DNA of 63,240 nt, filler included, from Rhabdomonas costata (taxonomy: Eukaryota): assembly GCA_019059605.1 (NCBI GenBank). It is 54 parts of 54 records of this genome, joined end to end, with 100 filler letters (N's around TTAATTAATTAA, not from the genome) between each part and the next. Parts side by side here need not be neighbours in the genome. Positions count along the whole stretch, not along the records: positions 45,749 to 46,821 come from JAHMHO010030074.1; positions 46,922 to 47,994 come from JAHMHO010030075.1; positions 48,095 to 49,166 come from JAHMHO010030076.1; positions 49,267 to 50,339 come from JAHMHO010030077.1; positions 50,440 to 51,512 come from JAHMHO010030078.1; positions 51,613 to 52,685 come from JAHMHO010030079.1; positions 52,786 to 53,858 come from JAHMHO010030080.1; positions 53,959 to 55,031 come from JAHMHO010030081.1; 46 more parts are not named here. The stretch is one strand, 5' to 3'. Positions 46,783 through 59,397 of this stretch are shown in pieces. The notes beneath the pieces were generated by a model, which did no database searches, was not told where the DNA came from, and saw nothing but the letters and a program-made list of their open reading frames with translations. Positions within the stretch are counted from its first letter, which is position 1. Each line of letters starts with the position of its first letter. The translations under genes were made by a program, and so were the position numbers.

Positions 46783-48583
46783 CTGTGAGGCACGCGTCCC
46801 ATGCGACCTTCTGAACAAAACNNNNNNNNNNNNNNNNNNNNNNNNNNNNNNNNNNNNNNNNNNNNTTAATTAATTAANNNNNNNNNNNNNNNNNNNNNNN
46901 NNNNNNNNNNNNNNNNNNNNNTGTGGTTGGGGCAGGAAACCCACGCTGAATGGTGTCGTCGTTTCTGTGAAGCCAAGAAAGTTGGATAGGAAGCACAGGC
47001 AGTCGTACGCATGCTGTTGTCATGTGCAGGTTTTGTTTCTACTGAAGACGTCCCCTTTTGCTCTTTGTTTCGGGTTAGACGAAAGAGCAACCACCACAGA
47101 AAAAGAGAGAAAGAAAGAAAGGAAGACAGAGAGAAAGAGAGAGAAAGAAAGAAAGAGAGGAAGAACCGGCCCCGGCCCCGCTATTGAGAGGACTAGCCCG
47201 CAAGAAATAAAGCTGCCATTCGGTTCTATGCACAAAAGACCACACGTACTTCGGCTTCCCCCACTTCTGCTCAAAAAAACATACTGCATCAACCAGTTGA
47301 TGCCAGTCGCCAACCTGAGTGGAGACGAGCGACCGGGAAGGAGGCCATACAGTGGACATAAGTACTTTGTTCCGGAAAAAAGGAAAACAGAGGAAAGAGA
47401 AAAAACAGTGATGGTGGTGGTTGTGATGATGACGATGACGATGACAAGGGGGTGCAGAAGGATGGCCTTTGCAATGAGTAAGTCAGAGGTGGGGACAAAA
47501 CCCCAACCACCGTGAAAGTAATATAGCATTTTTATTTGGAGAACTTGTGACCCTCTTCTTTTTTGTGCCTTTTTGTCCAAAGAAAAGAGGGAGAGACAAG
47601 CTCGCTTTTGAGTCCGTGAAACAAACCGTGTCCACCGCAATAAAGCAGAAACCGCAAGAAAACCCGCTTTAATCCAGGAACATGATGGCATAGCCATGCG
47701 TGAAAGAAACACCTGCGGCTTGTAGAGTGCTGAGCACTCAATGGTCATCACCTCACAGTATTGGAGGACGACACCAAAGGAATACTCACCCAAAGACCCA
47801 AAGAAACCCTCCAGAGAGCAAGGCACCGGTTATTGTCGCAGAAGTGCTCGGAGGTGAGAAGGTAGCACAGCGTGAAAGCGGAGCGGGTCAGCGTTTCGCC
47901 CACAGTAGGTGAGGCTCTGCCAAATGAAAACAAACCTTTAAAACTTCCACCTGTACGGCGGCACACAACAAAATCGTCACTACCCCACAACCCCNNNNNN
48001 NNNNNNNNNNNNNNNNNNNNNNNNNNNNNNNNNNNNNNTTAATTAATTAANNNNNNNNNNNNNNNNNNNNNNNNNNNNNNNNNNNNNNNNNNNNCTGCGT
48101 CGGAGGGATTCGAGTCCCCCATCTTGCGGGGCTCCCCTTCCGTCCCTCTTCATTCTCTTCATTGTTGGTTTGTTCTATCTGTGTGTGGACCCCCACTGCA
48201 GAGACAAAATTTGAACAAAAAAAGGAAGAAAGAAAGAAATTATCAGAAAATCAATGCAGACCGGCCAGGGGTGAAACGACCGGCGGTCCCTCTCTGCAAA
48301 GGCTGTCTGACTTCCGCAGCAGCCGCAAGCATTGTTCAGCGGAAGCCTGACTTATAGTTTTCAAACAAACCCCCTCTAAAAAAGAAAATCTTTAAATAAA
48401 AAAATTTCAATTAAATCCATCAATCCTAATTATTGTAGGTCTGGTTTTATCCTGGTACCACAAAAAACTGCGAAGGTTTTTTTGGTATGACGTATATTTA
48501 TAGTGCCACTAGATTTCATTTGACACTGGAAATAGATTTCACCGTGAATAAAAAGGCCAGAGCCATGAAAGCAAGATGACGAC

Positions 48584-48756
48584 CTGCGTCTTCATTAAGG
48601 TGGAAAGCTTCTTCCAAACACGTTCGTAGACCGCTACCAAAGCCTTGTCCGAAGACCCGGTGATTTCGATCACAGTGCCACGAAGTCTGAATTGCTCCAT
48701 TGACGTGGGGAAGTACCAGCAGACTTCCACCGCAGCATTGCTGAGGAACTGCTTTG
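48584..48756 (-). CDS. Pyridoxamine 5'-phosphate oxidase-like FMN-binding protein exon
   Basis: CAG|AKQFLSNAAVEVCWYFPTSMEQFRLRG...WKKLS...Q|GT contains the E.CWYFP..EQFRL.G motif. Confidence 0.8.
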
Positions 48757-49266
48757 CCTGCGGCAAAGCCCACCCGTAGATGGGGATTAAAGAAACACCA
48801 GAAGATTCCTCGTTTTGTGCGGCGCAGCCTTGCAAGGAGCAGGACAACCTTGCAGGGAGCAAGCGCAACCTTTCTACGGGCAAGTTATATGTTGGGATGT
48901 ATGTAATATGTTAAGTGCTTCGAATTCCTCATTCTGCTCGTGGCGTAGGCGTAGGTGCGCTGCTTACCCTCCCACCCAATATCTATTTTATTTTATTTTG
49001 GATATATTCCGAAACACCTTCCAGCGCCATCTAGCGCCATAACAAGTGCCAAAACCTTCTGATCACCTGTAACATTCGCAAATGCCGTGACCTTTTCACT
49101 CCATTTTCGTGTGCACCAACGGCGTCCCATCATGAAAGAAAAATTAGTTTCACGTGTCCCCCCCCCNNNNNNNNNNNNNNNNNNNNNNNNNNNNNNNNNN
49201 NNNNNNNNNNTTAATTAATTAANNNNNNNNNNNNNNNNNNNNNNNNNNNNNNNNNNNNNNNNNNNN

Positions 49267-50339
49267 GGTGGTGTGGATGTACAGCAACCTGCTGCAGGAG
49301 GAATTAGCCCAGCCCTTCTACCGCACGATGACACCCGAAGAGGTCAGAACCAAGATTCAGGAGCAGAAGATGCTGACCGAGGAGCAGTTTGTGCCAGCTC
49401 ACAGCCTCCTGTACGGGGCCATCAAGATGCACAAGGACCCCCCTGGCATGCGCTGGATCGCCGGAGCAAAGATGCAGCAGGTGGGCCGCAAGACACTACC
49501 CACCACCAGCATCGGGCAGGCAGCCTCCGTTCTCGGTGGTATCCTCAAGGCCGCCATGCAGCTCTTAAAGAGAAAAGACGACGCGAATATCAAGGCGACA
49601 GGGGTGCGCAGATTTTTTTTTGTCACCTCCGTGGACCAGGTTGCCGATCGCCTGAGAAACTCCGCCGAGATCAGATCGGGCGAGTATGGACAAGAGACTT
49701 CACACGAATGTACACTTCCTTGCCCAGCGACAAAGTTTACAAAGGAGTCCGCGAAGCAGTACATGAAGCGCTCGAATGGAGAGCCAGGCAGCTCGGAAAA
49801 CGTTGGGAGGACCTTGGCTTTAGCATCTCCAAAAGCCAACGCGGGCAGATGGAAGCCCAGGCAGTCCCCGGAGGTGAGTTTTCCTGGAACATTTTCGAAA
49901 GGATTCTCCGGGAGGTAGTCAACGGCACAATGATCCAGCAAGTCGCAGATGGGCCGGTCAGGTTGCAAACGACGGGCCTTCCGATGGGCGGAAAATGTTC
50001 AGCTGAGCTGGGAAACCTTAATTGTTATAGTGTTGAAGCCAAGGCCATCGATAATATCGAGCGACTCTACGGGGTCTCAGCCTGCCGCAGATACAAGAAC
50101 GTGGATCGCTATATTGATGATATGCTGGGCTTTGGCGAGGTGGATTGGTCATGCTTTGACTATGGTATGGAGCACAGGGACACCACCGAGAAGCCCGGCA
50201 CGGCTTCCTTTCTGGGCATGCGAGTGGAGATGACGGACGACGCTATCCGCCTCTCACTGCTTCCTAAAGGAGAAGGATGGAGATGGCGCCCGCAACGTTT
50301 TTTGCCGTGGACCTCTGTGCACACAAATTACACCAAGGC
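49267..50339 (+). mobile_element. Penelope-like retroelement reverse transcriptase (partial, one frameshift near 49660-49680)
   Basis: Intronless. LYGAIKMHKDPPGMRWIAG in one frame, then DFTRMYTSLP (49696), QTTGLPMGGKCSAELGNL (49975), RYIDD (50107), ASFLGM and a thumb-like region ...FLPWTSVH. Motif set and spacing are those of PLE RTs. Confidence 0.85.
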
Positions 50340-52487
50340 NNNNNNNNNNNNNNNNNNNNNNNNNNNNNNNNNNNNNNNNNNNNTTAATTAATTAANNNNN
50401 NNNNNNNNNNNNNNNNNNNNNNNNNNNNNNNNNNNNNNNCACAGCCGGCAAGAACGTGGGGCGAAACACACAGACACAGATATTCACATACACAGACCCA
50501 AAAGTCGTGGAGTGTCCGGTTAGGGTACGCTGCATCTCTCCCGGTCCTGGGGGGAGGCTTTTTCTTTTGCATCTTTGCAGACCTATTCACAATTGTCCGA
50601 TTGGGGCTCCGCCGTCATGGGTCAAGGAACCGACATGCTATCACCAAACTATGACACTTAAACACTTACATCGGGATGACCACGAATGATTGGCAATACG
50701 GAGGCCAGGAGGACAGGAGGACAGTTGGGTGATGGAAGGCCCTCCCGCCCGAACAACAAAAATGAGGAGTTTATGGACACACATACACACACACGGGCTC
50801 TTCACATCGTAGTCATTTCTAAACAGACTCACATATCGGTCAGCCATTAAACAAACGCACCATTCACGCAGGTGCTCGCAACAGCGTACCCCGTTGTGGA
50901 TCGGGGTCAGCCAACTGACGACCATAACGCCACACTCCGCCCCCAATGGCGGCGAGGGCCTCCCTGTGCCCGCCTCGGAAACCTCTGCGGCCGCTGGGGA
51001 AGGCTTCCCGCCTATCTCTTCGGCGGCTTCTCCTCGCAACTCCCCATCCTGTGCAGCTCCTGCTCAGCACAGTCCATTGCACTGGATCAGTCCGGCACCC
51101 TCTGACTGCACTTAGGCCCACACTCACACCTTCAACACCCGCCCACCTACACACCTCAACGCCTCGGCCAGTGAAGTGACCTGGTTCCGATTTCCGTTTT
51201 TTTGGCCCGAAATTCATTTTTGGTGGGGATTTTACACAGAATGTAGCATTTTCTTAGATGTAACATTTTCCAGCCGTGTGGAAGAAGGGATCCAAAAAGA
51301 GGCCGAAGACACAGAAAGCTCTTTGACACAACCGAGGGGCGGTTGCAAATCATGATACCACTCACTGCAACGAAAGTGATTACTCAGAGCACGTCACATT
51401 CACCCTTCACTTGCGAAGCACAATGTACCGCGCTGCGACACATACATCGCGCTCTAGCGGCAACCCCTCCGAACTCCCCGAGCATAGGAAAAGAGGAGAA
51501 TTGCTTAAAAAANNNNNNNNNNNNNNNNNNNNNNNNNNNNNNNNNNNNNNNNNNNNTTAATTAATTAANNNNNNNNNNNNNNNNNNNNNNNNNNNNNNNN
51601 NNNNNNNNNNNNGTTTTGGGTAGCGCTAGTTGGGAATTATGACCACACTTGGAGTGATTCTTGGAGGAGTGTTCACTGAAATTTTGCGTTATTAGGATTC
51701 TGCAGCATAAAAAGGGTAAGGACTCGAAGTTTATCGGGACTTTGGGGCATACGTTGACTTTAAAATTGCAGACGAGGTTTAGCGGAGAGGACGTCTGGCG
51801 TGAGGTAGGTAGGTAGTGGAGTTGCACTCAAGCGAAGTCTAAACAGGGTGAAATGTCCTCTGTTCTTCAGTCAGAAACAAACGCCGGCTACCGGCATTTC
51901 ACTTCCTCACTCACAGCGAGCACTTTAGCTCTTCTTTCCTTTCCTTTCCTTTCTCTTTTCTCACACCGGTTCAATCCACACGCACTTCCAAGAAATGTGC
52001 GTTGTGACGGCGGTGCTTCCGTTTGTGCTACTGTATGCCGCGCTGCAGCTCGCTCTGGCGGTGGCCAACTATCTCACTGCGCAAGCGCGGGCGACGGTGC
52101 GCATCACTTTTTTGCGTTTCGTTTTTGCGGCGGAAAACGCTCTTTCGGGGATGGGATGAAGCTGTTCTCATCTCCCTCGAATTCCTCAGACACTGAGAGA
52201 GCAGACATTGTACCTTTTCAGTATGTCCATCTATCTCCATCACCCCAGGGCGATTTAGTGCAGCCTCAGCGCACCAAAGTTTTCGCGTTTTTTTTTCGTT
52301 CTTTTGTTTGTACGTGCGGCAGGAAAAGAGGCCCCATGATGGGAGTGTGTTGCCTGCCGACGGAAATTTATACAAGATCATCTGTCGTGAAGAACAGCAT
52401 CTTTCGCTCGGGCAATAAACCTTCCGAAGCACCAATGTGAGGTTCCCTGAGGACTTCCTTTGTTGCGCGCTTCTTTTGACGGCAAAG

Positions 52488-52634
52488 GAGTTGGCAGCCC
52501 GAGCGAAGCTGAAGTGCGCGCAGAGGGATGCGCTGCGGGCGAAGTGGGCGGACACCTGGGCCTCCCTGGCCCAGACCACCACTGCCCCTGAGGAACGCTC
52601 TGAGGAGGCCCGAAAGGCCGTGGAGATCATTCAG
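52488..52634 (+). CDS. Hypothetical helical protein exon
   Basis: AAG|ELAARAKLK...EEARKAVEIIQ|GT, may lead into an IQ motif. Confidence 0.45.
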
Positions 52635-55600
52635 GTCCGTGTAACTCCGTACCAACTTCCAAACCACTTTCACACACACACAACCNNNNNNNNNNNNNNN
52701 NNNNNNNNNNNNNNNNNNNNNNNNNNNNNTTAATTAATTAANNNNNNNNNNNNNNNNNNNNNNNNNNNNNNNNNNNNNNNNNNNNGTTTGTGGGGAGTGG
52801 TTGCTGGAGTTTTGAAGAACAATGGGGGACGAACAATCTAGAGGTTAGTTCGCGGCACGGCCGGATCGAGCATCGTTCCATGGGGTGGGCGATGTCACAT
52901 TTTTTTTGACGATGTCCAGCGGGGCGGTGCTTCGGCGATTTGGAGATGTTCCGAGTAGCACTACTGTATTTTTGGTGCCCCCCCCCCCCCCAGAAAAAAA
53001 ACAAGGACTCCAAAGACAAAGAGGAACATGACTGAGGAAGGCAAGCAAGTGAGACTGCGTGGCATGCTGAAATGGTGGTAGACTGCGAATTGCACCTTTG
53101 AGGTTTCCCGGGCTTCGCGGCGTCGGCGGCTGAGCCGGGCACGGTAGTCATGCAGGGTGGCCCCTTGCACGGTGTCAAACACGAAGTCCTGCTCGCCTGT
53201 GCACCCCCCGTTGCATGCCCTCCTCAAGAAAAAACACACAGCAGCGACTCCCAAACACTCGGCATAGGTCCTGAACACCCAACCTGAACGCAAGAAATAT
53301 CCAGATGAAGCGTGAATGAATTCATACTGACTTTGTCCCGGGGTTACGCAGGGCGGGAGGCCAAATGCAAAGATCGAGAGCCAAGCGCGACGAAAAGGTG
53401 TGTGGCATTGGGGGTGGATGCGAGAGGTGATGGTGATCAGCAGTGATCGGAAGGGGGGTTAATTTAAAATCCACACGGAAAAACCGTAACCGTAGCCGTA
53501 ACAAAATCCAAATCCTGGTGGGCGTCTACCCTATACCCTTCAATATGGAAGATAAATGCAGGGTAGGTGGAGAAAGGAGGAGGTAAGCGGCGGAGAAAGC
53601 ATCGAAACCTTCGGCAACTGCTGCCGCGGGCTTGCTGTTGGGAACTTCCGCCTGCGCCCCGGTAGGCTCTCTACAAAAGAGAACACCCACATAAAACTGT
53701 GAAATACATGCGATTTTTTAAGTGACCGCCGCCAGCAAGTACCTCAGTCTCAACCGTAGACAACCAAAACAGCAATGTTATACCGTTGTAGTTATGGGAG
53801 CAGTCGAACTACGCTTTCTCCACCCTATACCACCAACCCCAAACACACCCACAAAACANNNNNNNNNNNNNNNNNNNNNNNNNNNNNNNNNNNNNNNNNN
53901 NNTTAATTAATTAANNNNNNNNNNNNNNNNNNNNNNNNNNNNNNNNNNNNNNNNNNNNTGGTGTGTGAAATTATTGTATGCTATTGGTTAAGAAGGTCCA
54001 CATCTACCGAATTTTATGCCAGAGATCCACGGAAACGAGGCAAAATTGAACAGTCCGTAAATCAGGCCAGACGTTTTACAAGTTGTTAAATCGTTAAAGT
54101 GCTATCCTGATAACGTGGTTGTACCATCGAAGGCTTCCAAGACATTCATGAACAATCACTCCAGGAATCCAATTTTTCTGTATCCCTGTATCATAGTGCC
54201 TCTCGCTTGGGGTGACCTGAGGCTCGTGCCCGTCATACGGATATGGGACTGAAAGCGTGGTTAAATGCAGCTTCACTCAAAACGACCCATCATCTTTGCC
54301 ACCGTTGGTCGGGTTGGAATCATGTCGACACGCCTTTTTGCGGCAGGGACTTGGACTTGGGTAAAACTGGCTGAAAACTACAACTGCTGGTCATTTTCTG
54401 GTGGCCAAAAATGGGTAAGAATGATCTCAGCGGGCAGGATTTCAAGAGTTTTCTTGGGCGCAAGGTGTCGCCAACAACGGGGGCCGACATCACAAAAGCG
54501 CCTTGGCGTGTGTCATCTTGTGTTGCAATGATGGCCGGGGAAACAATTCTAGAAACCTTTGGTCATGAGCTTTCCGCGAACCGTTCACCGATGAACGGAT
54601 TGGCGCCCCACATGCGCGCAACAAAAACTCCACCCAACACCGGGGCTGCCAAAACATGGGATGCCAATGGATGGTTGCCAACCGCGCCGGGATACTGCAA
54701 CCTGGACTTCGCCTATTTGAAAAAAAAAGCGGGAACAAATCACCGTTTCCGGTATGGAAAATAACGTTACCCAAATATGGTGCCCGAGAACCCGCCATAG
54801 CGGAAGGAACAAACCACGCAGCACCAGCCCTTACGACCGCCAAAAAAGTTCCAAATATCCTGACGTTCAGTACCAGAAACTCTGATGGGGAATAGGGTAA
54901 CCGCAGAGACCCGTAAAGCGAAGAGGCTGCCACGGGAGAGCCGTTCGACAAGACCCCGGATTGCTTCAAGGCGCGAATCGGCCCGGAAGCGGCAAGCAGC
55001 ACACGCTCTCCCAAGATCCGGCAACACCCACNNNNNNNNNNNNNNNNNNNNNNNNNNNNNNNNNNNNNNNNNNNNTTAATTAATTAANNNNNNNNNNNNN
55101 NNNNNNNNNNNNNNNNNNNNNNNNNNNNNNNGGTTGTTGGTTTACTCATGTGAACTCGGATCCACAGTGCATGCGATTTGGGAACACCGATTGGCGCGTT
55201 CAGAGATCTCACATACATGTATACACACATACACACATACTGAGATGGGTGTGTAGGGAGAAACACTGGTTCGGTTACGGTCAGGCACCGAAGTCGGCTC
55301 GAATCCATATTCACGGTCTACTACGCTGGTCTCGATTGGGCGTTAGGCTGAGGCTGAAGGCAACTCTGGCCCCACTCAAACAGGACTTCTCCTGTGAAAC
55401 ATGTGTGGAACATGGGGGCAAGCAGGTGCCTGGCTGGGGGCATAAGTTGTCGGGAGATTACCGAGTCTCGAGGGATCGCGAGACTTAAGACTTAAGATGA
55501 CTGAGAATGGTATATATATACACACACACAAAGCCATTGTGGACAATAACATCCGCATCCGAGGACCTTAGAAATGCGGGGGTGGAAAGGCTCACAAAAC

Positions 55601-55834
55601 CCGCAACCGATGCTGACTCAGTAACTCCCTACGTTTTTCCACACTTCGGGCATGTGCTTCTCGTGGACTCACGTGATTGTTGTTGCTCCACCTCTGAAAA
55701 AACAAAGTTTCTGGCGTGCTCAACTCAAAAATGGTCCCTTTTGAAAAAACTGGCCACGCGGATTTTTGGTCTCTGTTCCGCCGGACGGGAGGAGTACAGG
55801 GGTTGCAGGAAAAGCAGGAAGGTCCAACACATAC

Positions 55835-56170
55835 CTCATACTCCACCATCATCTTCGGGTAGACCTTCGTGGGGAACTTCAGCACAATGAAGTCGGTGTA
55901 CGTGAACTGCGAGTCCAGCGAGGCATACCCCAGGTTCCACGTGTTCCACGCCAAGCTGCAGTCCCCGTACCCCCCGCAGTCCGGGGCACCCACAGCGCTG
56001 TGGGCGCCGTACGTCCCGTTGAAGGGCCCGGCCTGCGAGGAGTAGTTCAGGACCGCGCTGGCCCACTGCGAGTGCTGGGTCAGAGCCGGAATCAGCGCGG
56101 TGATGGCGGTGCCGTTGTACTCCAGAGCGCCCTTCGAGGGAAGGCTGCCCAGCAGAACCGTGGTCACGTC
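55835..56170 (-). CDS. Exon of a probable surface/secreted protein with a pappalysin/FBXL4-like beta-sandwich domain
   Basis: QWASAVLNYSSQ...AVGAPD...YGD..LAW...FIVLKFPTKVYP...EYE|GT fits the recalled QWAS..SSQ..G.P..GD..AW..F..VY..YE pattern. Confidence 0.65.
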
Positions 56171-56417
56171 CTTTTGAAAAAGGCGTGACGGTGTGGACCC
56201 CCCANNNNNNNNNNNNNNNNNNNNNNNNNNNNNNNNNNNNNNNNNNNNTTAATTAATTAANNNNNNNNNNNNNNNNNNNNNNNNNNNNNNNNNNNNNNNN
56301 NNNNGGTTGGTGGTAGCAATCCATTTTGAATCCACGTAACTGCGCTGCCCACGGGAAAGTGCATTCCCTGCCATTTCGCTGCATTTCTGCTGGAAAAAGC
56401 TGCTCCGTGCTTTCAGA

Positions 56418-57144
56418 TTGGGCGGCTGCGGCCGGCAGTGCTGTCCCTGCCCGTGGTCAGGGCCACTTTGACGCCTTCCTTCGCGCGCGGTCTGCCCGAG
56501 GCTGGGCTCCGGAAGCTGGCTGCGCGTGTGTTTGGCCGCGCTTGCTGCACCCCAGAGGCTGCCCCTGTCGCCCTGGAAATGGTTCCACCACCCCTGCTTT
56601 CTGTTTTGCACCGGTCGCTGCGGCATGGCCTACCTGTGTCCCATCATTACTGTCTTCAGCTGGTTTTTCAAGCTAACGGTTCTTTTCAAGACGGAATGCT
56701 GACTATGACATGACATTGTTTGGATCAACTATGGGCAACTCTGGAGACTGTTTGTTTTGGATATGGTGCCAGCGTATCCATGAAGCAAAGGATCGTATTT
56801 GAATTTTTCTAACCAGAAACTGCGAGAATTCCAAGAAGACAAGCCCAGTGGCTAAACACTTGCCAGTTTATAATGTATGGAGTCCCGCCTGTGTATTGCC
56901 TACTGTGGCTTCGGGATGGTCGTCTGCAAGTGCAATTGCAAGTGGATGGACAATATGGATAACGTAGTATGAGAAAGAAATCGCACAAGTGGTGGTAAAA
57001 AAATGGAGGAACGAAATTCGCTGCATGGTTTCGTGCGGGTGGTTTCAGGTGACAGCAGCCCATGGGGCTGGCGGTTCCGCGGAGTTCTTGGAGCTCTCTC
57101 TTGAGGCCGCAACGCAGTGTGTATGTTTGACCACGGCCTTGCAG
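56418..57144 (+). CDS. Hypothetical protein, two probable exons (56418-~56581, 57049-57144)
   Basis: TTTCAG acceptors and GT donors around GC-rich open frames. No recognisable domain. Confidence 0.35.
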
Positions 57145-59233
57145 GTGAGTCCTGAGGGCGGGAGTGTCGCGTGGGCATTTGCGGTACACAAAAGATTATA
57201 CCTACTTCACTTAAAGCGGTGAAAACTCCCGCACAAGCACACAAACATTTCTCATCTATGTTTGCGTTTATGGTAGAACTGTTTCTTTTAATGTATCGGC
57301 CTTGATTATGAGGTGTGAGTTGGTTGGGTAGTTTCGTATGGATTATCCTCACCAAGTTCCTCGCTGTTGTTTTTAGGNNNNNNNNNNNNNNNNNNNNNNN
57401 NNNNNNNNNNNNNNNNNNNNNTTAATTAATTAANNNNNNNNNNNNNNNNNNNNNNNNNNNNNNNNNNNNNNNNNNNNCCAAAACGCGAACACTTTTCTAC
57501 TCAATAGCGATTTGGGGGGTGAAAAATTTTGACCATTTTCTTTTGCAATGATGTGATGCAACGCGTAGATGAATGCTGGCTGTGTTTTCGAACTTATGCG
57601 GATTTTGAATTCCTTCGATTCTGGCCAAATTATCATGCATAATGGCGTGGCATTGAGACAGCAGACTGACAAAATCGAGTTTTTGGTGTGTATTTGTGGT
57701 AATGATTTGTCCTCTTCTTCCGTTTGTTTGCCAAATTGCACCATTTTTAAATTTATTTTTAAAAAATTGATCTTTTAAACGAATTAAATTTAATTTTAAA
57801 TTAAATTTATTATTAGTTCCTAAAATATAAATGTCGATATTTTCGAGCTCTGCAGGTGAGTGTGGTGCGTGGTTTTCTTGATCGACTGTGTGGTGTGTGG
57901 TTGCACGGCTGGGGGGGGGGTGCACAGCGAGCGAGTTTCGCACAGAAGTATTTGTGCAGCCGTCGGGCGGATTGCTTGTGGGGCATTCTAGAAATACTGA
58001 AGCACAAAACAAAAGAAGACCGAGGTTCCTGTGAGCGATGGAGCATTGGGGCGATGTCAACGTTGAGAGCAGCACATTGGAAAAGCCCCGAATTCCGCGT
58101 GTTCACCGCATCCTTTTGGAAAACCTTTCTATCATGGAAGTAGCGGGGAAAGCAACTCCGGTATCACAGACCCGCAGTGGGTGCAGCTCTTGGCGAACGA
58201 ATTCAGAAAAACATCAGTTCTCATAACGTGGGGAAAAAGGATGAGGTGTAGGCGCAAGGGGACTGTTTCCGCCATCGCTGAACACCGCTGAACAAAAGTC
58301 CGCCCATCTGTGAGAGAGCGCATATGTCCGTTGGGTCATCAGTGGGTGCAATTGAATTGGGTGGGGGGAGCACTGATAACCGTTACCACTGGTAACAATT
58401 TTTACCTGGAGAGCATATTTTTAAAAGTTGTTAAAGGGCCCCCAGGTCAAGTCCCCGCCCCAGCAGCGCCGCTGGCCTTCGCCCCTAAACTATTGCTGTC
58501 CTACTCGTCCGCCCATTTTCTTTCCATGCCAGTTTCATTCCCAAAAACCCNNNNNNNNNNNNNNNNNNNNNNNNNNNNNNNNNNNNNNNNNNNNTTAATT
58601 AATTAANNNNNNNNNNNNNNNNNNNNNNNNNNNNNNNNNNNNNNNNNNNNTGTTGTGGGTCTCCTGTAATACATGGGATGGTTGCCTCTTCACGACCAGC
58701 CATACATGAAACTCAAGAGCTTACGTTTCCGCGGCTGCGCGAGGAAGAAACGAGAAGGGAACGAAGAGTACGGGCTGGGCTGGAATACTGGTTCCAAAGC
58801 GGACGGTAAGGTTTTAAGAGAGCAGCAGAACGTCACAGCAGGGAGCAAATAATCATAGATATTGCGATAGAAAATGTTATTTCATGAAATTGCATGAGTT
58901 TGAACGTGCGGCATAACGTGGCATACACACGGGGGGAGCTGGAAAAGGCCGCGAATGACAAAAACTCAATCTTCCCAACTAATTGTCTTAATACCATTTC
59001 ATTAAGCTATATAATTTGCCGGAAATCAACAGGTTCCAAAACCCGCATAATTTTAACACATTCCACTATGCACATCTAAAAACGTGCACGGAATTTTACA
59101 TCCCGAAATGCTGTCAAAAGGGAAAGCGTTCGCGTTTTGTCACTGTGGGAATAAAAACATGCATGAAATGTCCAGGCCGCTATTTCTTGTCGAAATCCTC
59201 TGCCACTGTCCTATTTTTCCGGAAGCTGCACAC

Positions 59234-59397
59234 CTCCGTCATCAGAACCTCCACAGTTTTCCCCACAAGCTCAGCGGAGGTGTAGCCGAACAACTTGGTG
59301 GTGGCAGGGTTGACCTTCTTGATCACCATCGAGGAGTCCGCCAGCACCACTGAGTTGGCCATGTTTGTCAGAATGCCGTCCAAAAGGGATTCATTCG
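59234..59397 (-). CDS. PAS domain exon (sensory/signalling protein)
   Basis: ILTNMANSVVLADSSMVIKKVNPATTKLFGYTSAELVGKTVEVLM is a PAS core (N..A..LFGY...EL.G). Confidence 0.9.

Noticed and set aside
47020..47826. 268-aa minus-strand ORF as a membrane protein
   Set aside because: Its hydrophobic stretches come from (GAAA)n and (GAT/GAC)n simple repeats on the other strand.
48095..48140. tRNA 3' half on the minus strand (GGGGGACTCGAATCCCTCCGACGCA)
   Set aside because: The T-loop is non-canonical and there is no matching 5' half. At most a degenerate tRNA-derived fragment.
48095..51512. RT plus neighbouring genes as a retron, DGR or defence operon
   Set aside because: Neighbours are on unrelated contigs, the RT motifs are PLE-type, and no ncRNA or template/variable repeat pair is visible.
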